Shown one piece after another: positions 37,013 through 48,246 of a stretch of DNA of 64,000 nt; position 1 is the first letter of the stretch; every line of letters starts with the position of its first letter. The DNA is taken from assembly GCA_004022145.1 (NCBI GenBank), contig RCNU01000014.1; one strand, 5' to 3'. A program made the position numbers and the translations under genes. The notes below the pieces were generated by a model. That model was not told the DNA's origin. It saw nothing but the letters and a program-made list of their open reading frames with translations, and made no database searches. The DNA is from Paecilomyces variotii. Its lineage: Eukaryota.

Positions 37013-38115
37013 TCAGGCGAGATAGTCGTCACCGGGATCGCAACTCCAATGACATGTGGGCAGTGAGCAATTAATGGGCATACTCACATATTCGCCACGC
37101 CAACACTTCTTGATTATTGTTTCAAAGGGAATATCTTTAACATGTGGGAACGAGTCCGGTCCAGGACAACAGAGGTCATGGTCCTCAGAACCGAAGAAAT
37201 AGTACTTATGGACATGAAAGGATGCAATAGAGTAGAGGATCCAACCGAAATGTAGTATCTCAACATGAACGTCCAAGCCCTTTTTGTTTGCAGGAGTCAT
37301 GTCAATATCAAGTGGTAATAGAATGGACTGCCCAAAATATGCAACTTTAAGCTGCTCACCCAGGATCAAGATATTGCGAAGAACAATATCATCCACAAAT
37401 ATCTTGCGAGAGTGGACATGAGCAAAGTCTCAATAATACTTGACATGCATTTTATTTTCAAGGAATCCTTGCGCTCCGGATGGGTTTCAAGCTAGGACTC
37501 AAGATCTCCTTCTGCACTGGCTCTCAATCCCATACTGGGACGTTTGAAAGTAAGGAATAATCCTTTTATTGCTGTCCAGGCTTTCAAAGACTTGGATCCC
37601 GTTCTCCAAGGTTTGCCGACTTATTTGGCTCGTATATGCCAGATCGTCGAGGTCTTTGATCTGCCCAGGTTGATATTGCTTAGGACTCAAGATCTCCTTC
37701 TGCACTGGCTCTCAATCCCATACTGGGACGTTTGAAAGTAAGGAATAATCCTTTTATTGCTGTCCAGGCTTTCAAAGACTTGGATCCCGTTCTCCAAGGT
37801 TTGCCGACTTATTTGGCTCGTATATGCCAGATCGTCGAGGTCTTTGATCTGCCCAGGTTGATATTGCTTAGCTTGTTTAACACCCTTGCCTTCTCCCATA
37901 TCAAGAACAACCCCAGTCATGCTACACCTAATTTCTGGGAGATTGCGACTAGGATCGTTGGGGGATGGAGATGGTTTAGTATTGCGAGAGTGTCCAGGCT
38001 TGTCCGTTTGAGCATTCAGAGAAGATCCGCGTCTCGTTTCAATTGTTTGAAGGGGTTGATCTTCAGGATTATCAAAGCTGTAAATTTCCGATAATCTAAA
38101 GGAGTAATTTAGCAA
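37013..38115 (-). pseudogene. Protein kinase pseudogene
   Basis: Kinase fragments across frames: CSMTGVVLDMG, EGDLES*LE (in-frame TAG), AHVHSRKIFVDDIVLRNILI, LKVAYFGQS, IIKKCWRGEY. It has several frameshifts plus an internal 188-bp duplication. Confidence 0.8.
37493..37868. repeat. Tandem duplication, 2 x 188 bp
   Basis: 37493-37680 and 37681-37868 read identically by eye; TAG microhomology at the junction. Confidence 0.95.
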
Positions 38116-38453
38116 TAGAAGATAAAGAGAACTTCATCAAGCTAACCTTTGACTCGTCCAACTCCCGGGGTGCATAAGGAAAAGAGATATCACAGAGCTA
38201 GCTGTGAATTTTAGAGAGTACCATGATTGTTGCAGGTAAGCGTAGAAGAAGGTGTCCACAAAAAATGATAAACAGCTCGGGACAGAGATACTCATGGTAC
38301 ATCTCTCAATATTTCATAATGTCTCGGCCCCGCTGATGGCTTGATAAACAACACTGTCCCTAGATCAAGATCCGGTAATTTCACTCCTATCTTCTCTCAA
38401 GAGAGCGGATAGGGGTGATAAAAACACTTAGATTAAAGCTCAAACTGCACAGA

Positions 38454-38950
38454 ATTGCGCAGTGCAAGCCTGCTAGACCATGCGAGACACAGAATTAGAT
38501 TCTTATAGAGCAAACCCTCATTAGTCTCAGACCCTCTCTATTGTTCCTCACAGAATCCAGGCTCTAAAAGACATGATGATGATAACTAAGAAAAGCAAAT
38601 GGCGCACTTCATATTAGTGAATGCACATGCGCCTATTATAGCAGGGGTATATGTCTTTTGTAAATATCTATTGGTGTAGCAACTCATTAGGCGATAATGG
38701 CAACATATTAGCTAATAAGTGCTCACTGAACACAACAAAATCGCCTTCATTGCCAAGGAAATACAATATGATGGAGAACTATTTAACATGGCAACTGATA
38801 GCGAGTAGTGCATAGTTGAGGCGGTTAGATACTATTAACTTAGCATGCATAGCAGCTCCGTGTATGTAGAGAGTAAAGGCGCTTACATCTATATTTCAGG
38901 GCACGCGAATACTAGGTTTATCAATAATGGCACTTCTCTGGAATCACGTG
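38454..38950. promoter_or_regulatory. Cluster of possible sulfur-regulon (MetR/CYS-3-like and E-box) motifs upstream of the transporter
   Basis: ATGGCGCACT (38599), ATGGCAACAT (38697), ATGGCAACTG (38788), ATGGCACTTC (38927), TCACGTG (38944). All the ATGGC sites are imperfect matches. Confidence 0.3.
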
Positions 38951-39351
38951 TGTAGAGTAAAAACTAATGGTCTCTAAGAGGAAACGTGGGAAGTTGATCT
39001 GTATACCCTTTCAATTGGTACCAGCAAGAATGTAGGAGTTGTGACTAGGCAAAGCACGCAATCCGGCGCAACTCTTAGATTACCACGACTTGGATCACCA
39101 TCGATCTGAGATATCCGCAACCCCTCCTTGCCAAGTCTATAATAGCAAACCTCCTTCCAAGTATAGACTTAATACTGGGCTTAATGCTTTTCTAGGGGCG
39201 TATTCATCGGCTATATCCGCCTCGCTGTCCTAGGTATATAAATCGCAATGGTGTCGCTGTGGTGGAAGAAGATCGGAAAGCAGCCAGGACCTGAGGAGAC
39301 TTTACCACTCTTAACGCAAGTAAAACTGCAAGCGCATCACATAGAGATACG

Positions 39352-41446
39352 ATGGGCAAAAAAGAAACTGACATTTTCGTCAATGCGGGCAGTGGGCCAA
39401 ACCCCAATGAGCAGAAATCCAGCGTTACTACAGTCGAGCCACAAGAGGAGGAGGAGCATGATAATGAGAAGAACCCTTTTCTCAATCCAGAAGCTGCGGA
39501 ATACTGGAGAAAAGTGTATGAGAATTGCCAGTACGAATGTCGGCATGTCTTCGATCCTCATATTACCTGGTCAGAAGAAGAAGAGAAACGACTGGTTCGG
39601 AAGCTGGATTGGAGGGTTTGTTTATGGGCTGTACGTTTGAATCCTATCCAAAAATAGTGCTAGAACATACACATACTAACTGAGGTGATAACTATAGTGC
39701 GTAATGTTTTTCGGACTTCAAGTCGATCGAGGGAACCTTACGCAGGCAGTCTCTGACACTTTTCTGGATGATTTGAAATTGAACACAAACGGTAAGATAT
39801 TGAACCATTTCGTTAGTATTCTGATTCAAGGCGCAATTATATCTCTGGTAGGAATTGCGCACACTGTTACTTCGAGAGCACCTCGAAATCTCTTTCAGGG
39901 AAAATTGCCAAACTAGCCCGTCTGAATAACCATTTCAAATAGCGAAGCTGACTGTCTACCAGACTACAACACGGGCAATACTGTATTCCGTTTATCTTTC
40001 CTCGTTGCCGAATTACCATCGCAAATTGTGTCTAAGAAGCTCGGTCCCGACCGGTGGATTCCGATCCAAATGGTTCTGTGGTCTATCGTGGCCATATCCC
40101 AATGTGCTTTGAAAGGGCGAACATCGTTTCTAGCCACACGTGCGCTATTAGGGATTCTTGAAGTCAGTTACCGTCCCAGACGCATGCTCTATATGAAGTC
40201 ACTGACCTCTATAGGGCGGATTTATACCAGATATTGTTCTCTGGCTCTCCTATTTCTATACATCCCGGGAGCTCCCAATCCGATTAAGGTACGACTTGTC
40301 ATTATTAATAGCTCTAGACCCTAGCTGACTCATTGACAAGCTTATTCTGGACGAGCCTTTCTGTTACATCCATTGTTACTTCGCTCCTAGCCTTTGCAAT
40401 CTTGCACTTAGGAGGAACCAATGGCTGGGCAGGCTGGCGGTGGCTGTTCATGATCGAGGGCCTAATCACCCTATGCATAGGACTTGCCACATTTTTTATG
40501 ATGCCTGCATCCGCAGTTCAAACAAAGACATGGTTCCGTCCACATGGATGGTTTTCTGATAGAGAAACCTCCATCGTCGTGAACCGGGTGCTTCGTGATG
40601 ACCCCTCGAAAGGCGACATGCACAACCGTCAAGCCATCACACCAGCGAGGCTGTGGGCCGCAGCTACTGACTATCACCTATGGCCTCTCTACTTAATCGG
40701 TTTTATCGCGTACATACCACAATCCCCACCGAGTGCTTATTTTACGCTTACCCTCCGCTCTGTCGGGTTCAGCAAATTCACAACAAATTTGCTTACGATC
40801 CCGTCAAGTGTGTTCCACATATGCACATTGATAAGCCTTACATACCTGTCCGAGAGGCTCAACGAAAGATCTCTCGTTGCTATGCTTCAAGCCGTTTGGA
40901 CACTGCCATGCGTGCTGGCTCTAAGGTTCTGGCCAGGGCTGGTCACGAATGCTTGGGGAACCTATGCTTTGGTAACCGTTCTCCTGAGTTACCCATATTG
41001 TCATGGTGAGTGGGAATTTATCTTGGAATACCTATATCCAAATACTAATATCATTGGAGCAATTCTTGTGGGATGGACGTCAAAGAATTCAAATAATGTC
41101 GGGACGCGCTCTGTGTCAGCAGCGCTATATAATGTGAGTAATGATAACCCGAGTTATTGCTCTTCGTGTCTAACAATGTCAGATGGCCGTCCAAGCAGGC
41201 GATGTTGGCGCCTACTTTATCTATCGAGATGACGATAAGCCCAAATATAGACGAGGAAACACCAATCTCGTGATCATCAATATCGTGGTCATATTTGTTT
41301 TCCTTGGAGCCAAAGCCTACTATGTATACCAGAATCGGAGGAGGGACAGGATCTGGAACGCCATGACCAAAGAGGAACGGAACGCATACATTAAGAATAC
41401 AGAGATAAAAGGGAGCAAGAGACTGGATTTCAGATTTGCTCATTGA
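39352..41446 (+). CDS. MFS anion:cation symporter, Dal5 family (Soa1/AstA-like sulfonate/sulfate transporter clade)
   Basis: Seven exons, with introns starting at 39631, 39792, 40163, 40289, 41006 and 41134. Motifs [59 protein letters not shown], terminal RLDFRFAH. Confidence 0.88.
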
Positions 41447-41731
41447 CCAAGCAGGGTGGGGGTCAACTCGGAAAGAGTATTGTCCCTACCCCTCTTCTTC
41501 TTTTTTCCCTTTTTTAGTTGTCCCCTTCCTCGCCAATATCTTACAATAACGTCTAATTTCATTTATCTCCCAAACACATGCATCTGTCGCCAAGCGAGTA
41601 GAGTGAGTGATCATCATCCCATCTAGACATAAATGCCTTTTCATTTATAACACATAAATATGGGGCATACAGCTCGGCGTGGGTAGCTCTATATACAACA
41701 TGTGCCTTACAAGTAGTAAGCAAACTTTATC

Positions 41732-42778
41732 TCAAAAATTTCCTATCTCTGCTGATGGCCGGGTACTGTTGAGTGGGCGAGAGGCTAAAATCGGAAGCGA
41801 GGAGATCGACAGAAGTGACTCAACATCCGTACTACCATTTGCCGCAAGAGTACCGGTATCATCCTTTTTCCACTGGAGCTGATACACGCGTTCTGCCATT
41901 CCGGTGGCATGGACTATCCGTGCAATGATGGCATGAGTCTCAAGAAGTATTGGGTCCGGAACCGCATACGGTGTGTTGTGGTTCTCGAACTTCACTTTCT
42001 CGATGCCTCGTACTAGAAAGGTTTGCGCTTGGCGTGGCTTGTAATTCTTGAGTGTGTACACATCCTGCTGATTGGTAGCTTCCAAAGCAATGGTAAATCG
42101 ACCAAACATCGGGTGTAGGGCCAGAGCCAGCGTCATTGCGTTTCGAGGCTCGTTTATTGACTGCTGAGTAAAACCGATTCGTTGGCTCAATGATGGAAAG
42201 AAATGGTTCAGGTTAACCCATATTTGCGCCTTAACATGTTGTTGGGATTCTGATTGCCAGTGTCCCAACGAAAAAGGGATGATGTGGGCACACTCGGTCA
42301 CAATGACCATATCATCACCGGTGGGAGCGGCCTTATCGTCCATCAAACCTGTAAGAACACATCTGTTGCCGTCCCGTTCCAAACAGACTCTTCTGAGCCA
42401 TCTCTGTTCATTTCGCGAGGAGGGTTCGACAATCGCACCCTCAAATCCGAGACGTGGGGAGGGGGTAATCGTTGCGGGCGTTTTAGAACGCGTCAGCATT
42501 GGGAGTAGTACACCTTGGGAGAGCGAGCGTGCCAACTGATATATCTCATTATCGTCGTTGCATCGCTTGATGTCCTTTAGCAAGAGATCAAGCCCATCGT
42601 TGGGCAGGTTGTCGAGAAATGCTCTCAGTATCAGAGTCGTATCATCATTCTCGTCTTTCGCCGTGTAGTGTTCGAGCCTATACATACATTCTTGCTCGAT
42701 GATCCTCGAATCTTCTGAGCCGATAACACTGATCTCTCCGCTGCAAGGAGAGAGGGCATCCTGATCTTGGGGTTCCAT
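41732..42778 (-). CDS. HNH endonuclease domain protein (fungal HNH_2 type)
   Basis: Intronless; likely start MEPQDQ at 42778. Motifs CLERDGNRCVLTG, ECAHIIPFSL, INEPRNAMTL...HPMFGRF, PDPILLETHAIIARIVHATG. Confidence 0.85.
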   Translation of the reverse strand: MEPQDQDALSPCSGEISVIGSEDSRIIEQECMYRLEHYTAKDENDDTTLILRAFLDNLPNDGLDLLLKDIKRCNDDNEIYQLARSLSQGVLLPMLTRSKTPATITPSPRLGFEGAIVEPSSRNEQRWLRRVCLERDGNRCVLTGLMDDKAAPTGDDMVIVTECAHIIPFSLGHWQSESQQHVKAQIWVNLNHFFPSLSQRIGFTQQSINEPRNAMTLALALHPMFGRFTIALEATNQQDVYTLKNYKPRQAQTFLVRGIEKVKFENHNTPYAVPDPILLETHAIIARIVHATGMAERVYQLQWKKDDTGTLAANGSTDVESLLSISSLPILASRPLNSTRPSAEIGNF

Positions 42779-43233
42779 CTTCCGTTGCTCATGTATGTCT
42801 CGAAAAGTTGAGGAATGGCACAAACTCCGTCGGGAGTTCTACACTGGTTTTGACTTAATCCTCAGTCAGAAGCGTAGGAGCAAGTCAGATGAAGGATGAG
42901 AGAGAGCCAAACAAGAGAATGGACAGAGACAGGAGAGGATATAAGGAGGAAAGTGAGTGAAAGACACAATGGGAATGGATGCTACTAAACTACTTAGGGA
43001 AGCGACGTACCGCGCCGTACAGAGAGAGCTCCGGGTCTACCTACGTATATCCATGACACAGGCATCTTCTTTCTTTCTAGGTTAGACTATTTAGTCCTAT
43101 AGGTATTTACACTAGCTTAGAAAGATAAACAAAACAACTTCCGCTATGTAAATAGAGAATGCTCTATATACATAATTTTGGACATACAATTTCAGACAAA
43201 GTAAGAGAAAAGAAATAAGACGACCAACAGGAT

Positions 43234-44019
43234 TTAAAGACGAAGCAGTGTCTTAAATTCATAGAAATCTTCTTTCCATTCTATGGCGCCAACTTTTTCC
43301 AAGTCCTCAATAAATTCCTCCATTGAAGTTTCGTTGCCCTTCGATAAATGCCTCCATTCGGCCTTCCTTGCATCCCGCCATAAATGCAGCCACAGCACTA
43401 ATTGGGCTTTTTGTCCATGCAAATCTTCTATCTGAGTAGCCCATGATTGAGCAGGAATATGTGTTTGCACTGACAGATTTCGCGGCATACTAAATCCGAG
43501 GGCAGGCGGGAGCATCCCCTTTAGGCTAGTAATCTGGGCCTGTTGGGCTTGTGTCATAGGTGCTGGAAAGTAGACCCAAAATAATTGGGTGAATGATCGA
43601 GGTAATGCGCGAAACCATATTGTACCTTTGGGGATAGTCTCATAAGAGACAAGGGGTATTATTCCTATACTGGCAAGACTCTCCGTATAAAGCTGGGCTG
43701 AAGGGGACGCCATAAAATCCCTTAGTTCTGAGGTAGTGTGCCATACTACAAGCACAAATTAGTCTATGTATAAATAACTGGATCACTCAAGGGATAACAT
43801 ACATGTTGCTAGAATGACGAGATCAGTACTTCCCTGCACTTTGGCCCATACTGTGCTTTTGTGGCCTTCGGCGTGAAGTAGCGGTTGGAAATATCCAGCC
43901 CAGTGGTCAGTGTCCAGCTCCACCCCCAAAGGCACTTGGAGCTTGGTCCAAACAACTTTGGGGCCATTTGGGTAGGTAAGAAATCTTCTCCGGCCGTCAA
44001 TCGTCCTAGAAGAATCCAT
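43234..44019 (-). CDS. Hypothetical protein (possibly a dimeric alpha-beta barrel)
   Basis: Exons 44019-43803 and 43745-43234 join in frame across a GTATGT..TAG intron. The pattern VILATLWHTTSELRDFMASP resembles ABM-type folds. Confidence 0.6.
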
Positions 44020-44519
44020 TTCTTGAGAATCTCAGAGATGATCAAGAGGAGAAATTTCCTGGAAGTGGTCTTAGTTCCAACTTCGAATATATATAGATGC
44101 TGGGCACCTGTATCACGTGTCCGTGCTACTGAACTTTAACTTGGTTGGATCCTGAAGCTTGCTTGATTGAATCTAGTGGCTAGGCGAACCTATATCTATA
44201 GTATTCTCCCGGCTTCCTAGATTAGTAATAAGCAAGCTTTCAGATAGATTAGATTAGCTCGTCGAGCCCCTAGCTAGGTAGTTGCTCAATCAAGTATCTT
44301 TATTAGCTCCAAGATTAAATTTCCGTACAAAGTACCCTGGGGGTGCGCAAATGGTGATCGGCACTATTTTCATCGTGATATAGAAAGGCCAAGCAAAAGC
44401 CAAGAAGATGCCCAGAAAATGCCTTCAAAGTACATCTACAAGGTCCTTGGATTTGGATTAGTATTTAAAATGCACAAAAGTGAAAAGGATGGGTTCGTTA
44501 CAGGCCATCGCGATATTCA

Positions 44520-46235
44520 ATGAAGCCATTCTATCTTTTCATGGGAGCGGCCCTCGCGGGCGCTGCTCGGCTCCCAAAGTTGCAGGACTTTGATGCCCTT
44601 GGCGCTTGGTTCCAGGAAGTCGATGCTATTAACAGCACGACTGCACTGAATGCAGCACGCAATGGCGCCATGAACACTTCAATTGCCATTGTTGGAGGTG
44701 GCATCTCGGGTCTCGCTACAGCACTTATGCTAGACAGCGTTGGTGTGCACAACTGGGAGATCATAGAGGCCAGTGACCGTGTCGGAGGTCGATTCCGGAC
44801 GAAGTTCATTGCCGATACGCAAGAATGGGCAGAGATGGGACCCATGAGATTGCCTGTGCGTGTGCATTATAACGATGGGGAGACTATCGAGTACGCGGAC
44901 CACGCGATGGTATTCCAGCTTGCAAATTTGTTGAATGAGATGAACGGAAATGACGAGAAATGGAAAATCGATTTTATTCCATGGATTCAACAACATCCGA
45001 ACGAGTTGCTGGCCTTGGGAACAGGGAGACTTCCAGATGGTCGGATTCCGACTCGGGCCGAAGTCGAACAGGACCCAAATTTGAAGCAGCCAGCTCCTAT
45101 GTCGACTGCAGAGTACAGGCGGACTAAGAATCTAATGGACGATATCTTAAAACGTACGGAGAAGCTGAAAGCCGTACAACGTGATGTCTGGCGCGAACAT
45201 CGAGTGGCAATGGATCAAGGTCTGGATGACTGGAGCGAACAGGCCATGATGCGGCATGTGTTTGATGCAAGTGAGAATGTCACAGACGCCATTTGGACAG
45301 ACAGTGACTATGATGTCTTTTGGGATGAACTGCACCATAACTCCAATCTCGAGCTGGATGGAAGTCCTGGGACTCCGGGCAAAACGGAATGGGCTTGCAT
45401 CGATCGTGGCTTCAACCGACTCTCTGACGCTTTCATCCCCCATGTCAAAGACAGACTAATTCTGGAACGGAAGATTCGCAAGTTAGAGCCTGTCGCCGGT
45501 CCAGATGGACGGAAACAGACCAAGCTATCATGGTATCCATCTGTCACTAACCGCACATATGAGAGCAAGGCTTATGATTACACGATCATGGCAGTGCCTT
45601 TCACAATGACACGCTTCATGGATCTCCCCAAATTCTCGTCAGTTTTGGACCGTGCAATCAGCGAAGCAGGCCTGCGCTTTAAGTCGGCGTGCAAAGTCGC
45701 CTTACTCTTCTCGGAGCGATTTTGGGAGAAAGGAGAGCGTCCTATATTCGGCGGAAAATCGACACCACCAAGCGATGCTATAGGGGCTCTCTATTATCCA
45801 GTATACGGCTTGAACGAGTCTCGTCCCGGTCTCATCATGCACTACCGCGGCGGAGACTGGAGTGACAGATTCGTCAGTTTCTCGGATGAAGAGTATGTCC
45901 AGACTGTACTGGATGCAATTGTTGCCTTACACGGCGAACAAGCTCGACAGCTATACACAGGACACTATGAACGCCTCTGTTGGTTGCAGGATGAGCATAC
46001 TGCAACATCATGGTGTCGCCCAGATATAGAGCAGCATCGTTTGTACATCCCAGCATATCATCAAATCGAGCACAACACCATTTTTATCGGCGAGCATACA
46101 GCGCCGACGCATGCATGGGTGAGCAGTTCATTGCATTCCGCGGTTCGTGGTTGTGTGCAGCTATTGTTGGATTTGGGGTTAGTGGACGAAGCAAAGAAAC
46201 TTAATAGACAATGGATGGGAAGGTGGATCCATTAG
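44520..46235 (+). CDS. Secreted flavin-dependent amine oxidase, L-amino acid oxidase-like
   Basis: Intronless, 571 aa. N-terminal signal-like peptide, FAD motif IVGGGISGL, IIEASDRVGGR, AEMGPMR, C-terminal IFIGEHT...HAWVSSSL. Confidence 0.9.
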   Translation: MKPFYLFMGAALAGAARLPKLQDFDALGAWFQEVDAINSTTALNAARNGAMNTSIAIVGGGISGLATALMLDSVGVHNWEIIEASDRVGGRFRTKFIADTQEWAEMGPMRLPVRVHYNDGETIEYADHAMVFQLANLLNEMNGNDEKWKIDFIPWIQQHPNELLALGTGRLPDGRIPTRAEVEQDPNLKQPAPMSTAEYRRTKNLMDDILKRTEKLKAVQRDVWREHRVAMDQGLDDWSEQAMMRHVFDASENVTDAIWTDSDYDVFWDELHHNSNLELDGSPGTPGKTEWACIDRGFNRLSDAFIPHVKDRLILERKIRKLEPVAGPDGRKQTKLSWYPSVTNRTYESKAYDYTIMAVPFTMTRFMDLPKFSSVLDRAISEAGLRFKSACKVALLFSERFWEKGERPIFGGKSTPPSDAIGALYYPVYGLNESRPGLIMHYRGGDWSDRFVSFSDEEYVQTVLDAIVALHGEQARQLYTGHYERLCWLQDEHTATSWCRPDIEQHRLYIPAYHQIEHNTIFIGEHTAPTHAWVSSSLHSAVRGCVQLLLDLGLVDEAKKLNRQWMGRWIH

Positions 46236-46355
46236 ATAGTCAATGGTCTCTTGTCTGCTTAACTCCACAGAATAGTCAGTATGGGCCTGAAACCTATCTG
46301 ACCGGGGCTTAATATAGACGCTGCGGATGGCGGTATCATTGAAACGATAATAAAA

Positions 46356-47276
46356 TTAGTCTTTCACCACAAGAGCATTGTCCGCTCTCCGAGTCCACTC
46401 CATCCAACTTCCATCATAGAGTCTCCTGTGCAAACCAAACCCTATCTCCTCCAAGGCGAGATCCAGTGCTGCAGCAGTAACGCCTGAATTGCATGTCAGT
46501 ATTACCTGCGACCTCTTCTGCACTCCAGCCTCCTCAAATAGCGTCTTTAACCTATCCAACGGTAAAAAGGCCTTAGTATCTGTGTCTAGTATTGCTGCCA
46601 ATGGAATATTAATAGCAGAAGGCATGTGGCCCGATCTCAGAGAGGGGTCCGCTTCTTCTTGCACACCTGAGAATCGTCCTGGGATTCTGGCATCGATGAT
46701 CTGATATTCTCCTGATCCTTGCAGAATAAGTTGCCTGAGATCGTCGAAGGAAATTGTTTGCTTCGGATCCGGTTCACAAATGGGATAATCTACCCGTGGG
46801 AGATGGGCCATTTCCCCATCAGCAACAGGATATCCCTGTTCCACGTAGAGGCGGAAATTGTTCAGGACATGCACTGATTTATGTCCAAAGAGACGACAAG
46901 TCCACGCCACACGAGGTGCGCTGTACATGCCGACATCGAATGCATCATAGACAACCAGAACATCATCCGGCTGGATACCCAGTTGTCCCATGCAGGCAGC
47001 GAAGTGGGATGCTGTGGGGAGCATTTGTGGATAGGGTGACGTCGTGTCTGCTACCATATCCATGTCGAAGAAACTGGCCATCCGTTAGGACATGTCTACC
47101 TAACGAGGGGAATTTGCCTGTACGTACACAGATCCTGGGATGTGTTGTTTCTCGTATGATGAACGTAGTGAGGCCCGGCCCGCAGCCACGGGGATAATCC
47201 GACTAGATGAAGCTCCAGACGCATTGTGGAACTCGTCCGGCGTTACCAGTGTTGAAGCAAAGGGACTGCTAACCAT
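46356..47276 (-). CDS. Tandem rhodanese sulfurtransferase (3-mercaptopyruvate/thiosulfate sulfurtransferase, Tum1-like)
   Basis: Exons 47276-47128 and 47073-46356. Motifs HIPGSVFFD, SPYPQMLP, RSGHMP, active-site loop CNSGVTA, LYDGSWMEW. Confidence 0.92.
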
Positions 47277-48246
47277 TATGCCGGAGTTTACTATATATGG
47301 CTTCCAGTGTTTTCACGTTCCCAATGCAGGAATTAGTTGTTAGTGCGGAACATTTTTCTCATGAGTACCCATATCATTAGTCAGCAATATCAGTGTCGAT
47401 AGGGTTGAATCCAGAAATGTCAGACACATATTGAATTTCATATTCTATAGGATATAGCTCTCTCATGCTGCAGGTTGCATTTGAATTCATTGTTAGAAAT
47501 AGGACTTGTGTTTCGAGGAACCATGTTGGATCTTGACCACTAGAACCTCTGGCCGGGGAAGATATCTGCCCGTTATTCAACAAGCTGAGAGAGGTTAACA
47601 TCTGATCGATAAAATCTGCTAGTTTATATGTGGATACTTCTCAAGACTACCTTTCATTCGAAGCGTTATACACGATCTCTTTTGGTCGATTGAAATTCTA
47701 GGCGCAGCAGAGAGAACATATTTCCGCTAAGTAGTAGCGGAGTCGTTATGAACACAGCGAAAAGGAACAATGGTTACAATTGCAACATTTGTCACTCCCC
47801 GAGGGACGTCAGTCGTATGTTCAAATCATGGCCAGGGATCGAGAAGTCAAATCCAGTGTAATTGTCCATTGGATTCGGGCTGGAGTCCTATAGTATAACT
47901 GATTCTTCATTAAGTTGTAATGTTCGCATTGGAAGCGTGACGTCAGCTCCGATGATATCACCCATTTTATAGCCAGGTAAATAATAATTAGTACCCAGTT
48001 ATTCAACTTCAGTTATTTCTAAATCGCAATGATAAAACGAACATAAAAACTGTATCGCTCAGAAATCAAGAAGTTAATAACCGCGGTTCCTCGTTCGCGC
48101 CTGCTCCTTCGCGTTGACTCATCTTCGCATCCGGCGCCTTCCAGCTCGAGATGTCAGAAGTATAGAAGCATATTGATATTGAATGACCACAACCTCATCT
48201 TTTTTTCATCGTGTCTCTATGAAGAGAATGTTTTGACGAGCCAAAA

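Noticed and set aside
36829..37032. ORF with a poly-Phe run
   Set aside because: Just a translation of the A64 homopolymer.
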